Counted from the stretch's first letter, positions 30,467 to 39,823 are shown. The stretch is DNA of 60,860 bases from Rickettsiales bacterium (GCA_049317085.1 JBMOIY010000001.1:1-60860); one strand, 5' to 3'. Numbers and translations: made by a program. Notes: generated from the sequence alone by a model not told the origin.

Positions 30467-33223
30467 ATGCACAGCGATATGACAGACAAAGCCCGGGCCC
30501 ATTTTGCGATCGACCTCCATGGAGAGTTCCCATGCAGCGTTGTCCAGTCGGCAGATGGGAAGCCCCGGTTGCGCATTGAACTTGGGAATGCGGAACTCGA
30601 TACGTTCCCGCGCACATTGTATCAGCATCTGGAATTGGCGCATGGCAAGGAAAGCCGTGGGCCGGTGTCGCCGATCAGCGATCTCGGGCGGCGGGTGCGG
30701 GTGGAAAGTAACGGGCATCAGCGCACAGAGAATGAAGGGTATCGCCGGATCGATTTCAGTTTGCCTACCAACGCGCAGGATGGCGATCATGTGACGTTGA
30801 AATTGCTGGGTAAGTCAGTATTGACGCTTGACCATGTGCATGGGGCATGGGCAACGGCGGCGGATACAATGATCGTTCAGCTTGCGCCAAGCGAGATACG
30901 GGCACTTGGGATGCAATTGCGCGAGGATGTGTTGCCCAAATTTCCCTATAGCCGTGAAGCGCGGCAAGGGTTCGATGCCGGAAAGCATGCGCCGATCACG
31001 GATTTGCATACGCATATGTCGGCGGAGATCAGTGCGAAAGATCTGTTCGATATCGCGCTTGAGACTAGCACCGGTAACCCGGCTAAGGGCATTGAGCCCA
31101 ACAACACCATTGCTTATCCGGTCGAATTGCTGAACCTCATCGGTGCGGGGCCGACCGAGAAGCAGATCGAGCGTGGGCAAGTTATCCAGGTCGCATCGCG
31201 GGGGTTCAATCCGCTGAGGGCAGAGGGATTGAAATGCGAGCAGGATGGGCAGATGTGCAATGCCATTCGCCTTCGTGACCTGACGCCGAACCAGCGCGAG
31301 CGGGTGACCAACCAGATGCGGGTGATGCCCGACCAATGCACTCTGCCAACGCATTTCGACCGGGAGCTTTACCGGTTCCGCAATCCCTTCAGCAAGCACC
31401 CGGACCTGACGAAGGCCGTCATCAAAAAGCAGGCGGAGGCCTATGCGAAGATGGGTGTGGAGTATGCGACGCTGTCGACCAGTTCGATGCTTGACCCGGC
31501 TTGGTTTTCGCAAATGGTGGAAGCGGTCGATGAGATCGAGCGCGACGGGGTGATGGTGGATGGGGTGAAGAAGGCGATGCATCTTCGCTTCCTTGTCGGG
31601 GTGCCGCGCAACATTACGCCGGAGGAGACGTTCGTTGCGCTAAACAAGATCAAGTTCCTTGCGCAGCATCCGTATATCGTGGGCATGGACATGAACGGCT
31701 ACGAGTCGAACAAGACGTCGCAGTTCTTCTGGGCGCTGGCGCATATGGGGCGCTGGGCGCGCGATAGTTTCGCGAACCCTGAGGATGCCAAATGGGATTT
31801 CAAGGATAAGTTCATCATGCAGGTGCATGCGGGCGAGACCAGCAAGAACCAGGCGAATGTAGGCCGGGCGATCGCGCTGGCGCAGCATTACGATGTGCGG
31901 GTGATGGTGGGGCATTATCTGCATGCCGACCTGAAAGAGAATGAAACGCGGTGGCTGAAAGATATAAAGAACAAAGGGGTGCAGGCGTTGCAGAAATGGG
32001 AGGAAGACCCCGCAAGCGTTCCCTCCGATAAGCTGGATAAATTCATCATGCAGATGTGCCCGGATTCGAACCAGGGTTTCAACGCGAAACGGCTGGTGCA
32101 TCATTCGCCGATCAAGGAGCGCATGAAGCAGGGGCAATGTGTGCTGAGCTCGGACGGCGGCGGGATGCTGGGCCTCAGCCCACGCGGGCTTGCCTATTCG
32201 GCCATTGCGGCAGGGGTGAGCCTTCAGCAGCTGGAGCAATTGCAGGCCTATGAGCGCGGGTTCATTGACCGACAGAAAGTGCGCGAGGCGAAGAACCGCA
32301 AGACATTCACACAGGAACATGGTGCCGAGCGTACAGGGAATGAATCGTTCGTGGCGGCATATAAGAAGCATTGTGTGCAATATCCGCACCCGCGTGACCC
32401 GGAAAAATTCGCGAAGTTCCTGCCGAAGGAATTCGACGAAAAAACGCCGCTATTTATCGGGGGCGCAGCGGGCAGTAGCTGGGGCCAACTGGAGAAGCTG
32501 GACCAGTGGGAGATCGAGCAGTTCATGGATTTCCTGGTCGAAGTGATCGATCCGAAGAAATGCTATTTCGTGCTGGGGCGGGTGCAGAACGATGGGGTGA
32601 GCAAGTCGCTTGATATCGCTATCAACCGTCATAACAAGCTGCACCCGAAAGCGCCGTTCAGTGTTCTGGGACGTTATGCGGGCAAGCCAACGGGTGACCT
32701 ACCGGAGACCATTACCTGGCTGCAGCCGATCCTCGGCGACCAGAATATCGCGGCGAGCGATATGATCGAATTCCTGCAGAAGAAAAATGGTAAGGCTTTG
32801 CTGTTCCCGGGTCAGGATTACACGGCGGAAATGATCATCGGTGCGAACAATGAAGATAACCCAGTGGCGAACGCTTTTATGGTGCCGCGGCCCCACAAGC
32901 GTGGTGACGATGTGGGCAAAATATACGAGCTTGCGGAGACCATGCCGGCGGCGACGCAGTTCATGAGCGACCATAGTTTGCCGCTATCGCAGGTGGGCAA
33001 GCAGAATGGGGCGATCGATGCGTTCATCGACCGAATCATGCAGCCGGGCAGCCCGTTCATCAGCGATGAAGCGGACCGTGCGAGCATCCTGCGCGACGGG
33101 GTGGACATGCATGCGGAAAAAGAAAAGGCGCTCAGTATATGGCTGAAATCGCATATCGGCAAGCCGAGCTTCGGCAATGCGCTGAAGGAAATGACCTCGC
33201 CGATGAATTCGGGCCGCGGTTAG
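30467..33223 (+). CDS. Large multidomain protein with a central adenosine/AMP-deaminase-fold domain
   Basis: Ordered motifs are DLHTHM, VHAGE, VGH, MCPDSN and SSDGGG. The N-terminal ~185 aa and C-terminal ~300 aa are unrecognised. The start is uncertain (TTG 30437, ATG 30467 or ATG 30479). Confidence 0.7.
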   Translation: MHSDMTDKARAHFAIDLHGEFPCSVVQSADGKPRLRIELGNAELDTFPRTLYQHLELAHGKESRGPVSPISDLGRRVRVESNGHQRTENEGYRRIDFSLPTNAQDGDHVTLKLLGKSVLTLDHVHGAWATAADTMIVQLAPSEIRALGMQLREDVLPKFPYSREARQGFDAGKHAPITDLHTHMSAEISAKDLFDIALETSTGNPAKGIEPNNTIAYPVELLNLIGAGPTEKQIERGQVIQVASRGFNPLRAEGLKCEQDGQMCNAIRLRDLTPNQRERVTNQMRVMPDQCTLPTHFDRELYRFRNPFSKHPDLTKAVIKKQAEAYAKMGVEYATLSTSSMLDPAWFSQMVEAVDEIERDGVMVDGVKKAMHLRFLVGVPRNITPEETFVALNKIKFLAQHPYIVGMDMNGYESNKTSQFFWALAHMGRWARDSFANPEDAKWDFKDKFIMQVHAGETSKNQANVGRAIALAQHYDVRVMVGHYLHADLKENETRWLKDIKNKGVQALQKWEEDPASVPSDKLDKFIMQMCPDSNQGFNAKRLVHHSPIKERMKQGQCVLSSDGGGMLGLSPRGLAYSAIAAGVSLQQLEQLQAYERGFIDRQKVREAKNRKTFTQEHGAERTGNESFVAAYKKHCVQYPHPRDPEKFAKFLPKEFDEKTPLFIGGAAGSSWGQLEKLDQWEIEQFMDFLVEVIDPKKCYFVLGRVQNDGVSKSLDIAINRHNKLHPKAPFSVLGRYAGKPTGDLPETITWLQPILGDQNIAASDMIEFLQKKNGKALLFPGQDYTAEMIIGANNEDNPVANAFMVPRPHKRGDDVGKIYELAETMPAATQFMSDHSLPLSQVGKQNGAIDAFIDRIMQPGSPFISDEADRASILRDGVDMHAEKEKALSIWLKSHIGKPSFGNALKEMTSPMNSGRG

Positions 33224-33999
33224 GCGCGTTTGAAATCGCTGGTTATCGGCCCTTCGCCACGCCCGTTGACGAACTGATCGACATACGGGTTGCCGGAGCT
33301 GTCGATTTTGCTGACGGGTCCGTCCCAGATGATCTTACCCTGGTAGATCATGGCTACACGGCTGGCGATCTTACGGACGCTCGACATATCGTGGGTGATG
33401 GTGACGGCGGTGGAGCCGAGTTTTTTGACGCATGAAACGATGAGTTCGTTGATGACGTCGGCCATGATGGGGTCGAGACCGGTGGTCGGTTCATCGAAGA
33501 AAATAATATCCGGATTTGCGGCGATGGCGCGGGCGAGGCCGACGCGTTTTTGCATGCCGCCCGAGAGTTCGGAAGGAAGGAGATCAGCTACTTCGGGGCG
33601 CAGGCCCACGGCTTCGAGTTTGTCGATGGCGAGTTCGCGGGCGCTTTCGGAAGAGAGTTTATGGCCACGTTCTTTTGAGCCGAAAGTGATGTTCTTCCAT
33701 ACGGGTAAGGAATCAAACAACGCGCCGCCCTGGAACAGCATGCCGACTTTTTGCAGCATCGGCTCGCGCTGGCGGAAGCTGTAATGGGTGACATCCTCGC
33801 CATCGACCTCAATGGTGCCTGAATCGGGCTTGATGAGACCGAGGACGCTTTTGATGGTGACGGATTTGCCGGAGCCGGATCCACCAATGATGACGAGCGA
33901 TTCGCCGGCGGCGACTTCGAGGTTCACGCCGTCCAGCACAACTTTGCTGCCGAAGCGTTTATGGACATCCGTCAATTTAATTTTGGGGAGGGCGGCCAT
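33220..33999 (-). CDS. mlaF: ABC transporter ATP-binding protein, MlaF-like
   Basis: Start moved to MAALPKIKLTDVHKRFG. Has Walker A GGSGSGKS, signature LSGGMQKR and Walker B IIFFDEP. Confidence 0.8.
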   Translation of the reverse strand: MAALPKIKLTDVHKRFGSKVVLDGVNLEVAAGESLVIIGGSGSGKSVTIKSVLGLIKPDSGTIEVDGEDVTHYSFRQREPMLQKVGMLFQGGALFDSLPVWKNITFGSKERGHKLSSESARELAIDKLEAVGLRPEVADLLPSELSGGMQKRVGLARAIAANPDIIFFDEPTTGLDPIMADVINELIVSCVKKLGSTAVTITHDMSSVRKIASRVAMIYQGKIIWDGPVSKIDSSGNPYVDQFVNGRGEGPITSDFKRA

Positions 34000-34001
34000 G
34001 T

Positions 34002-34793
34002 TTATATTCCAAAGAATGCTTCGGTGATGAGGTAGTTGGACAACAGGATGAGGATCGACGCGGAGACGACGGCATTGGTTGTCGCGGTGCCGACACCCTG
34101 TGCGCCGCCTTTGCTGTGGTAACCGTGGTAGCAACCCATGAGTGCGACGAGGAAACCGAAGACACCCGCTTTGACGAGGCCTGTCATCACATCAAACCAT
34201 GTGAGGAAGTTCCAGGTGTTGTTGATGTAGGGCATGGGCGCGAAATGCAGGGCCTTCACACTCACCGCGTAGCCACCGAAGATGCCGATGATGTCACCAA
34301 CGAAGACGAGGCAGGGCAGCATCAGCGTTGCGGCGAGGATGCGGGGGAAGAGCAAGTATTTGAATGGATTCGTGCTTAGCGTTACCAACGCATCAACCTG
34401 TTCGGTGACGCGCATGGTACCGATCTCGGCGGCGAAGGCGGCGCCGATGCGCCCGGCGACCATAAGGCCTGCCATGACGGGGCCGAGCTCCCGGGTAATA
34501 GCGAGGGCGACAATGAGAGGAATCGAATTCTCTGCACCGAAATCGGCGAAGCCGGAGTTGGATTGTAGGGCGAGGGCGGCGCCGGTGAAGAGGGTCGTCA
34601 TGCCGACGACGGGAAGGGAATAATAGCCGATCTCGATGATCATGCGCAGGATCTGTTTCGGGTAATACGGTGGGCGGATGCCTTGCGCGAGAATGCTCCA
34701 GCTGAACAGGACGAGGCGGCCGATGGCGGTGAGGAACAGCAGGAACACACGCCCCACTGCCGCAATCGGATTATGTCTGATAATCATCTGCAT
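34002..34793 (-). CDS. mlaE: ABC transporter permease, MlaE-like
   Basis: 263 aa, polytopic, with the ...ITRELGPV..G.MVAGR.G...AAEIGTM.VTEQ.DAL pattern. Confidence 0.8.
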   Translation of the reverse strand: MQMIIRHNPIAAVGRVFLLFLTAIGRLVLFSWSILAQGIRPPYYPKQILRMIIEIGYYSLPVVGMTTLFTGAALALQSNSGFADFGAENSIPLIVALAITRELGPVMAGLMVAGRIGAAFAAEIGTMRVTEQVDALVTLSTNPFKYLLFPRILAATLMLPCLVFVGDIIGIFGGYAVSVKALHFAPMPYINNTWNFLTWFDVMTGLVKAGVFGFLVALMGCYHGYHSKGGAQGVGTATTNAVVSASILILLSNYLITEAFFGI

Positions 34794-34844
34794 CGGGAAG
34801 TGCTTAGCGGGTTTGGAGGCAGCCGTCCAGTGGCAGGTTTGGGG

Positions 34845-35933
34845 TCAGGCGTAGACCCGTTTGACGCGAGGGCCGATGCGGGTGAGGACTTCGTAACCGA
34901 TGGTTTCGGCGCTTGCGGCCACCTCATCGACCCGGATGTCGGGCTTGTCGCCGAGCAGGGTTATGGTGGCACCTTCATGGAGGAGGGATTCGGGGACGTT
35001 GCTGACATCAAAGCAGAGCATATCCATCGTCACGCGGCCGATGAGGGGGACCTGGTGCTCACCCAGATAGCCGATGCCTTTGTTGGAGAGGTGGCGAAGG
35101 TATCCGTCGGCATAACCGCTGGCGACGGTGGCAATGCGTGCGCCTGTTGGTGCGTGGGCGCTGGCGCCGTAGCCGATGGTCTGGGCTTGTTCAAGGATGC
35201 GCGTCGTGAGGATGGGTGCGTTCCATGTTGCGACTTGCATCATTGGGTTGGCGCCATCGTTCTGTGGCGCGATGCCGTAGAGGGAGCAACCGGGCCGGGC
35301 GAGGTGGAAATGGAATTCGCTCGGCAGATAGATACCGCCGGAGTTGCAGAGACTCGCCGGGATGTTCTGCGCGTGTGCCAAAGCGGTGTGGAAGAGGTTG
35401 AGCTGTTTGCCATTGAGCGGATTTGTCGCCTCGGGCGCGCATGCTAGGTGGCTCATCACTAATCCGACACGGCAGGCTTCGAGGATGCTGGGGTCGCGGG
35501 CGATGAGGTTCGCGAATTCTTTCGGCTGCAGGCCCATGCGGGCCATGGCGGTGTCGATATGCAGGGCGCTTACCGCATGCACATGTTCGGCGGCGACGGG
35601 TTTCCAGCGCGCGATCTGTTCGAGGGAGTTCAGGACCGGAATCAGCCGGTGGGCAGCAAAGGCGAATTCCTCACCGGCGAGTACGCCGTGGAAGACGAGG
35701 ATGCGCACATCCGGCAAGGCGGTGCGTAGTTCGATGGCTTCCTCGAGCGTTGCGACGAAGAAGGTGTGGCAGCCTGCATTCGCCAATGCGCGGGCGACTT
35801 CGCTGGCACCCAGGCCATACGCATCCGCCTTCACCACGGCGGCGCACTCCTCACCTTTGAACTGGGCGCGCAACGTTTGCCAGTTGGCGATGATGGCGGG
35901 GAGGGAGACGATGAGGGTGGGGGTCAGGAACAT
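34845..35933 (-). CDS. alr: Alanine racemase
   Basis: 362 aa with AVVKADAYGLG (PLP lysine motif). Confidence 0.9.
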   Translation of the reverse strand: MFLTPTLIVSLPAIIANWQTLRAQFKGEECAAVVKADAYGLGASEVARALANAGCHTFFVATLEEAIELRTALPDVRILVFHGVLAGEEFAFAAHRLIPVLNSLEQIARWKPVAAEHVHAVSALHIDTAMARMGLQPKEFANLIARDPSILEACRVGLVMSHLACAPEATNPLNGKQLNLFHTALAHAQNIPASLCNSGGIYLPSEFHFHLARPGCSLYGIAPQNDGANPMMQVATWNAPILTTRILEQAQTIGYGASAHAPTGARIATVASGYADGYLRHLSNKGIGYLGEHQVPLIGRVTMDMLCFDVSNVPESLLHEGATITLLGDKPDIRVDEVAASAETIGYEVLTRIGPRVKRVYA

Positions 35934-36060
35934 GCTTTGTCAGTAGCTATTTGGCGCCAACCCGTAAAGCAAAAGATATGTGTCAGCGCGAGCAGGGCGA
36001 GCCAGCCATGAGCCCGCAAAGCGGCGCGCAGAGTTGATCAGCAGATCAACTCGCAGCAAC

Positions 36061-37542
36061 TCAATAATACTGTTCCGGCAAATGGTCCTCTTTTGCGAGG
36101 TCGAGGAACCTTGTAAGTTCGCCCTGGAATTGCAGCTTCACGGTGTCGACCGGGCCGTTACGGTGCTTGGCGACGATGACTTCCGCGACGCCGTGGATGG
36201 CGGCCATGTCGGATTGCCATTGGTTGTGCTCGGGCGTGCCTTCTTTGGGTTGCAGGCGCTGTTTGTAATATTCCTCGCGGAAGACGAACATGACGATGTC
36301 GGCGTCCTGCTCGATGCTTCCTGATTCGCGCAGGTCAGCGAGTTGGGGGCGTTTGTCGTCGCGGCTTTCGACGGCGCGGCTGAGCTGGGAGAGGGCGATG
36401 ACAGGGATGTCGAGTTCCTTGGCGATGGCTTTGAGGCCTTGGGTGATCTCCGATACTTCCTGTACGCGGTTGGTCTGGCTGTTGCCGCCTGATGGGCGCA
36501 CGAGTTGCAAATAATCGACGACGAGGAGGGCGACGTTATGCACGCGTTTCAGGCGGCGGGCGCGGCTGCGCAATGCGCCGATAGTGAGGGCCGGTGTGTC
36601 GTCGATATGCAGCGGCAGGCTGGCCATGGCGCTTGAGCTTTCGACGAGGCTCTGGAATTCGGTTTGCGTCAGTTCGCCGCGCTGGAGTTTGTGGGAGCCC
36701 ACACCGCAGGCGGAGGCTAGCAAACGCATGGCGAGCTGTTCGCCCGACATCTCGAGCGAGAAGAAACCAACGGAGCGAGGCTTGCCGCCCCGGGCGAGGA
36801 GGTCCTTGTCCTCCTCGGCGAGGGCTTTGGCGGCGTTGTAGGCCATGGTGGTTGCGAGTGCGGTTTTGCCCATGGCGGGGCGGCCGGCGAGGATCAATAA
36901 ATCCGCGGGGTGGAGGCCGCCGAGCAGGCGGTTCATGTCCTTGAAGCCGGTGGTGACGCCTACCACATCTCCGCTGCGCTGGAAGGCTTTTTCGGTGCGG
37001 TTCAGCGCTTCGACGATGGAGTTCTTGATGGGTTTGAAGCCGCTTTCGCCGTCGCCATCGGTCGCGAGTTTGAAGAGTTGCTGTTCGGTCTGCTCGACGA
37101 GGCTGATGCCACCATGTTCGCTTTGCGGGTTGAAGGCCTCGACCACCGCGCCCTCACCGATGCCGATGAGGCGGCGCTTCACCGCGAGGTCGCGGATGAT
37201 GCGCGTGTAGTCATGGATGTTGATGATGGAGGTGGCGGTGGCGACGAGGCGCGCGAGATATTGGTCCTCCACCCCTTCGGCCCCGGCGAAATGATGCTTG
37301 AGGGTGACGGGGTTCGCGATCAGGCCCTTATCGTTGAATTGCTTGATGGCCTTGAAGATGCGCTGGTGGATGCCGGCATAGAAATCCTCGGGCTCGAGGC
37401 TACTTCCGACATGGTTCAGCGCCTCGTTGTTGGCGAGGATGGCGCCGAGGACGGCCTGTTCCGCCTCAAGATTGTTCGGGGCTTCCTTCACGGGCAGATC
37501 AGATTTCGCATTCGTGTTCGGATGTTCTAGGACCGTGGCCAT
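36061..37542 (-). CDS. dnaB: Replicative DNA helicase DnaB
   Basis: 493 aa with PNNLEAEQAVLGAIL, Walker A GRPAMGKT and LVVDYLQL. Confidence 0.95.
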   Translation of the reverse strand: MATVLEHPNTNAKSDLPVKEAPNNLEAEQAVLGAILANNEALNHVGSSLEPEDFYAGIHQRIFKAIKQFNDKGLIANPVTLKHHFAGAEGVEDQYLARLVATATSIINIHDYTRIIRDLAVKRRLIGIGEGAVVEAFNPQSEHGGISLVEQTEQQLFKLATDGDGESGFKPIKNSIVEALNRTEKAFQRSGDVVGVTTGFKDMNRLLGGLHPADLLILAGRPAMGKTALATTMAYNAAKALAEEDKDLLARGGKPRSVGFFSLEMSGEQLAMRLLASACGVGSHKLQRGELTQTEFQSLVESSSAMASLPLHIDDTPALTIGALRSRARRLKRVHNVALLVVDYLQLVRPSGGNSQTNRVQEVSEITQGLKAIAKELDIPVIALSQLSRAVESRDDKRPQLADLRESGSIEQDADIVMFVFREEYYKQRLQPKEGTPEHNQWQSDMAAIHGVAEVIVAKHRNGPVDTVKLQFQGELTRFLDLAKEDHLPEQYY

Positions 37543-37765
37543 GGATAGTTTGCTCGCTGGTGTTTTTTTATTATCGGCCTAGTAGCATACTGCCAGATAT
37601 TAAGACGACTAGTGATGAGAATGGTTGTGCACACTATGTCGCTTAGCTGCGGGTGAGCGGTGGGGATAAGTCTTATAGTTACTAAAAATAAGTCTTTTCT
37701 AATTAAATTGCTACTTTAATAAAAGTACACTTGCACTATTTTGCATATTTAGTTACTATATCAGT

Positions 37766-39193
37766 ATGAAAATAGAAAAAGAAGAATTGGGGGCTGTTTT
37801 AGCTCAATTTAATCCTTGGTGGAGAGGGGAAAGTATTGCTGATCTTCCTACTTGGAAAAGAGCTGCATACGGAGAATTGCGTCAATGGATTATAAATCCC
37901 CCAGCTGCGAGAGCCACCATGCTTTCTGGTGCGCGGCAAGTGGGCAAAACTACATTAATTATTCAAGCTATTGATGAACTGCTGCGTGATGGTGTGCCTG
38001 CAAGTAACATATTATATGCAACCTTTGACCACCCGCTTTTAAAATTAGCAGGTATTGATACGGTTATTGAAGCGTGGAAGCAGCGCGAACCTAAAAAAGA
38101 TGGTCCAGAATATGTATTTTTGGATGAGGCACAATTCATCCGAGAGTGGGGTACTTGGGTTAAGCATCAAGTGGACTTTGTAAAAAGCAGAAGAATAATT
38201 TTTACTGGTTCAGCTATGCCGCTGACGGAGAAAGATCAAGAATCTGGAGTGGGACGATGGTCTACTATTAAATTAACTACGTTATCTTTTTACGAATATA
38301 CAAGACTTAGAAATCTATCGTTGCCTGAATTACCCAACGTTAAATCGCTTAAAGAGTTATTTAACTGGGAACAGGACAAGATTTATCGTACATCAGAATT
38401 AGCTGCGCCATATCTTGCCCATTTTCATGAATATTTAATAAGAGGCGGATTTCCTCAAAGCGCGCTTGCTCCTACTTTTACACAAGCTCAAAAAATGTTG
38501 CGTGAAGATATAATAGACAAAGTACTTAAGCGGGATATGACCGCATTATTTGGTGTTAGACGTGTCTTAGAGTTAGAGCACACTTTCTTATATTTGTGTA
38601 TGCATGAAGGTGGTCTATTAGACATGCAAGCTCTTTGCACGAACCTAGAGGTCAAGCGGCCTACAGCACAAAATTTTATAGAGTTGTTAAAAGCAACGCA
38701 TCTTATCTATAAGCTTGCTCCGTTTGGGTATGGTAAAAATATTTTGCGCGCTAAATATAAAATTTATTTGGCCGATGCAGCTATCGCTCCAGCAGTCATG
38801 TTAAAAGGACGAAGTGTAATTGATGATACTAAAGCTCTAGGCATAGCGGCAGAAGCAGCAACCTTAAAGCATCTATATGCTCGCTATTACAAAAATGATA
38901 TTCGCTTTAGTTACTGGCGCGGGAAGAAAGATGCGGAAGTAGATTTGGTAGCGGAAATGGGAAGTGATGTTGTCCCATTTGAAGTTAAATATCGCACGCA
39001 ACAAACCCAAGAAAAAGATTTGAAAGGACTTCATCAATTCTGCAAAGAAAAGAAAGTTACACGAGGTTATGTTGTAACGAAATCACCCCAAGATTTTGGA
39101 TTGCTTGCGCAGCGAGATAAAACAGCGCCACCGATATTCAAAGTACCTGCTGCTTTACTGTGTTATTGGATGGGAGAAATGGAAATTTCTTAA
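37766..39193 (+). CDS. AAA+ ATPase with a PD-(D/E)xK-like C-terminal region (AAA_14/DUF4143-type architecture)
   Basis: Walker A GARQVGKTT and Walker B VFLDEAQ. The C-terminus has EVDLV...FEVKY. The DNA is visibly AT-rich and no SD was seen. Confidence 0.8.
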   Translation: MKIEKEELGAVLAQFNPWWRGESIADLPTWKRAAYGELRQWIINPPAARATMLSGARQVGKTTLIIQAIDELLRDGVPASNILYATFDHPLLKLAGIDTVIEAWKQREPKKDGPEYVFLDEAQFIREWGTWVKHQVDFVKSRRIIFTGSAMPLTEKDQESGVGRWSTIKLTTLSFYEYTRLRNLSLPELPNVKSLKELFNWEQDKIYRTSELAAPYLAHFHEYLIRGGFPQSALAPTFTQAQKMLREDIIDKVLKRDMTALFGVRRVLELEHTFLYLCMHEGGLLDMQALCTNLEVKRPTAQNFIELLKATHLIYKLAPFGYGKNILRAKYKIYLADAAIAPAVMLKGRSVIDDTKALGIAAEAATLKHLYARYYKNDIRFSYWRGKKDAEVDLVAEMGSDVVPFEVKYRTQQTQEKDLKGLHQFCKEKKVTRGYVVTKSPQDFGLLAQRDKTAPPIFKVPAALLCYWMGEMEIS

Positions 39194-39208
39194 CATGCCG
39201 TTGAAGAA

Positions 39209-39246
39209 TAAAAAAACCCGGCCATCGCTGGCCGGGTTCTTTTTTC
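39209..39246. terminator. Bidirectional rho-independent terminator
   Basis: AAAAAAACCCGGCC-ATCGCT-GGCCGGGTTCTTTTTT lies between the convergent ATPase gene and rplI. Confidence 0.7.
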
Positions 39247-39266
39247 GTTTGCATCCAAAGCGACGC

Positions 39267-39812
39267 TTACGCAGCTGACTCGTCGTCAGCGGTTTCGGCT
39301 TCCGCTTCTTCCACTTGTGGTGCTGCGTCTTCTTCCTTGGCGGCGAGTTCCTGGGCGAGCAGGCCTTCGGCGTTGCGGGCAACTTGCACTTTCACTTTCA
39401 CATGCACTTCCGGGTGCAGGTTGACGACGGCTTCGTAGACGCCGAGGCTCTTGATCGCGGTGGTGAGGTCGATGTAGCGACGCTCCACTTTGTGACCGGC
39501 TTCCTCGAGCGCAACTTCGACATCGCGTGCGGCAACGGAACCGTAAAGTTTCCCATCTTCCGACGCCTGGCGGATGATGCTGACCGAAAGGTTCTGCATG
39601 CCCGCGGCGAGTTTTTCGGCAGCAGCGCGCGTTTCGGCGTTCTGCTTCTCGAGGACGGCGCGCTTGCCTTCGAAGACTTTCTTGTTGTCTTCGGTGGCGC
39701 GGAGGGCTTTTTTCTCCGGCAGCAGGAAGTTACGGGCGAAGCCGTTCTTTACTTTCACCACGTCGCCAACGGAACCGAGGCGGGCGATGCGTTCTAACAG
39801 AATAACGTCCAT
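39267..39812 (-). CDS. rplI: 50S ribosomal protein L9
   Basis: MDVILLERIARLGSVGDVVKVKNGFARNFLLP, with an acidic C-terminal tail. Confidence 0.9.
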   Translation of the reverse strand: MDVILLERIARLGSVGDVVKVKNGFARNFLLPEKKALRATEDNKKVFEGKRAVLEKQNAETRAAAEKLAAGMQNLSVSIIRQASEDGKLYGSVAARDVEVALEEAGHKVERRYIDLTTAIKSLGVYEAVVNLHPEVHVKVKVQVARNAEGLLAQELAAKEEDAAPQVEEAEAETADDESAA

Positions 39813-39823
39813 GTTCTAATCTC

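Noticed and set aside
30437-33223. A canonical RADAR system (RdrA+RdrB)
   Set aside because: No RdrA-like large ATPase is adjacent. The only ATPase nearby (37766-39193) is 4.5 kb away behind alr and dnaB, is about half the size, and has a different architecture.
37651-37659. A DnaA-box-like TTATCCCCA (reverse strand) upstream of dnaB
   Set aside because: It is a single one-mismatch 9-mer with no cluster of boxes and no adjacent AT-rich 13-mers arranged as an origin. It is likely chance.
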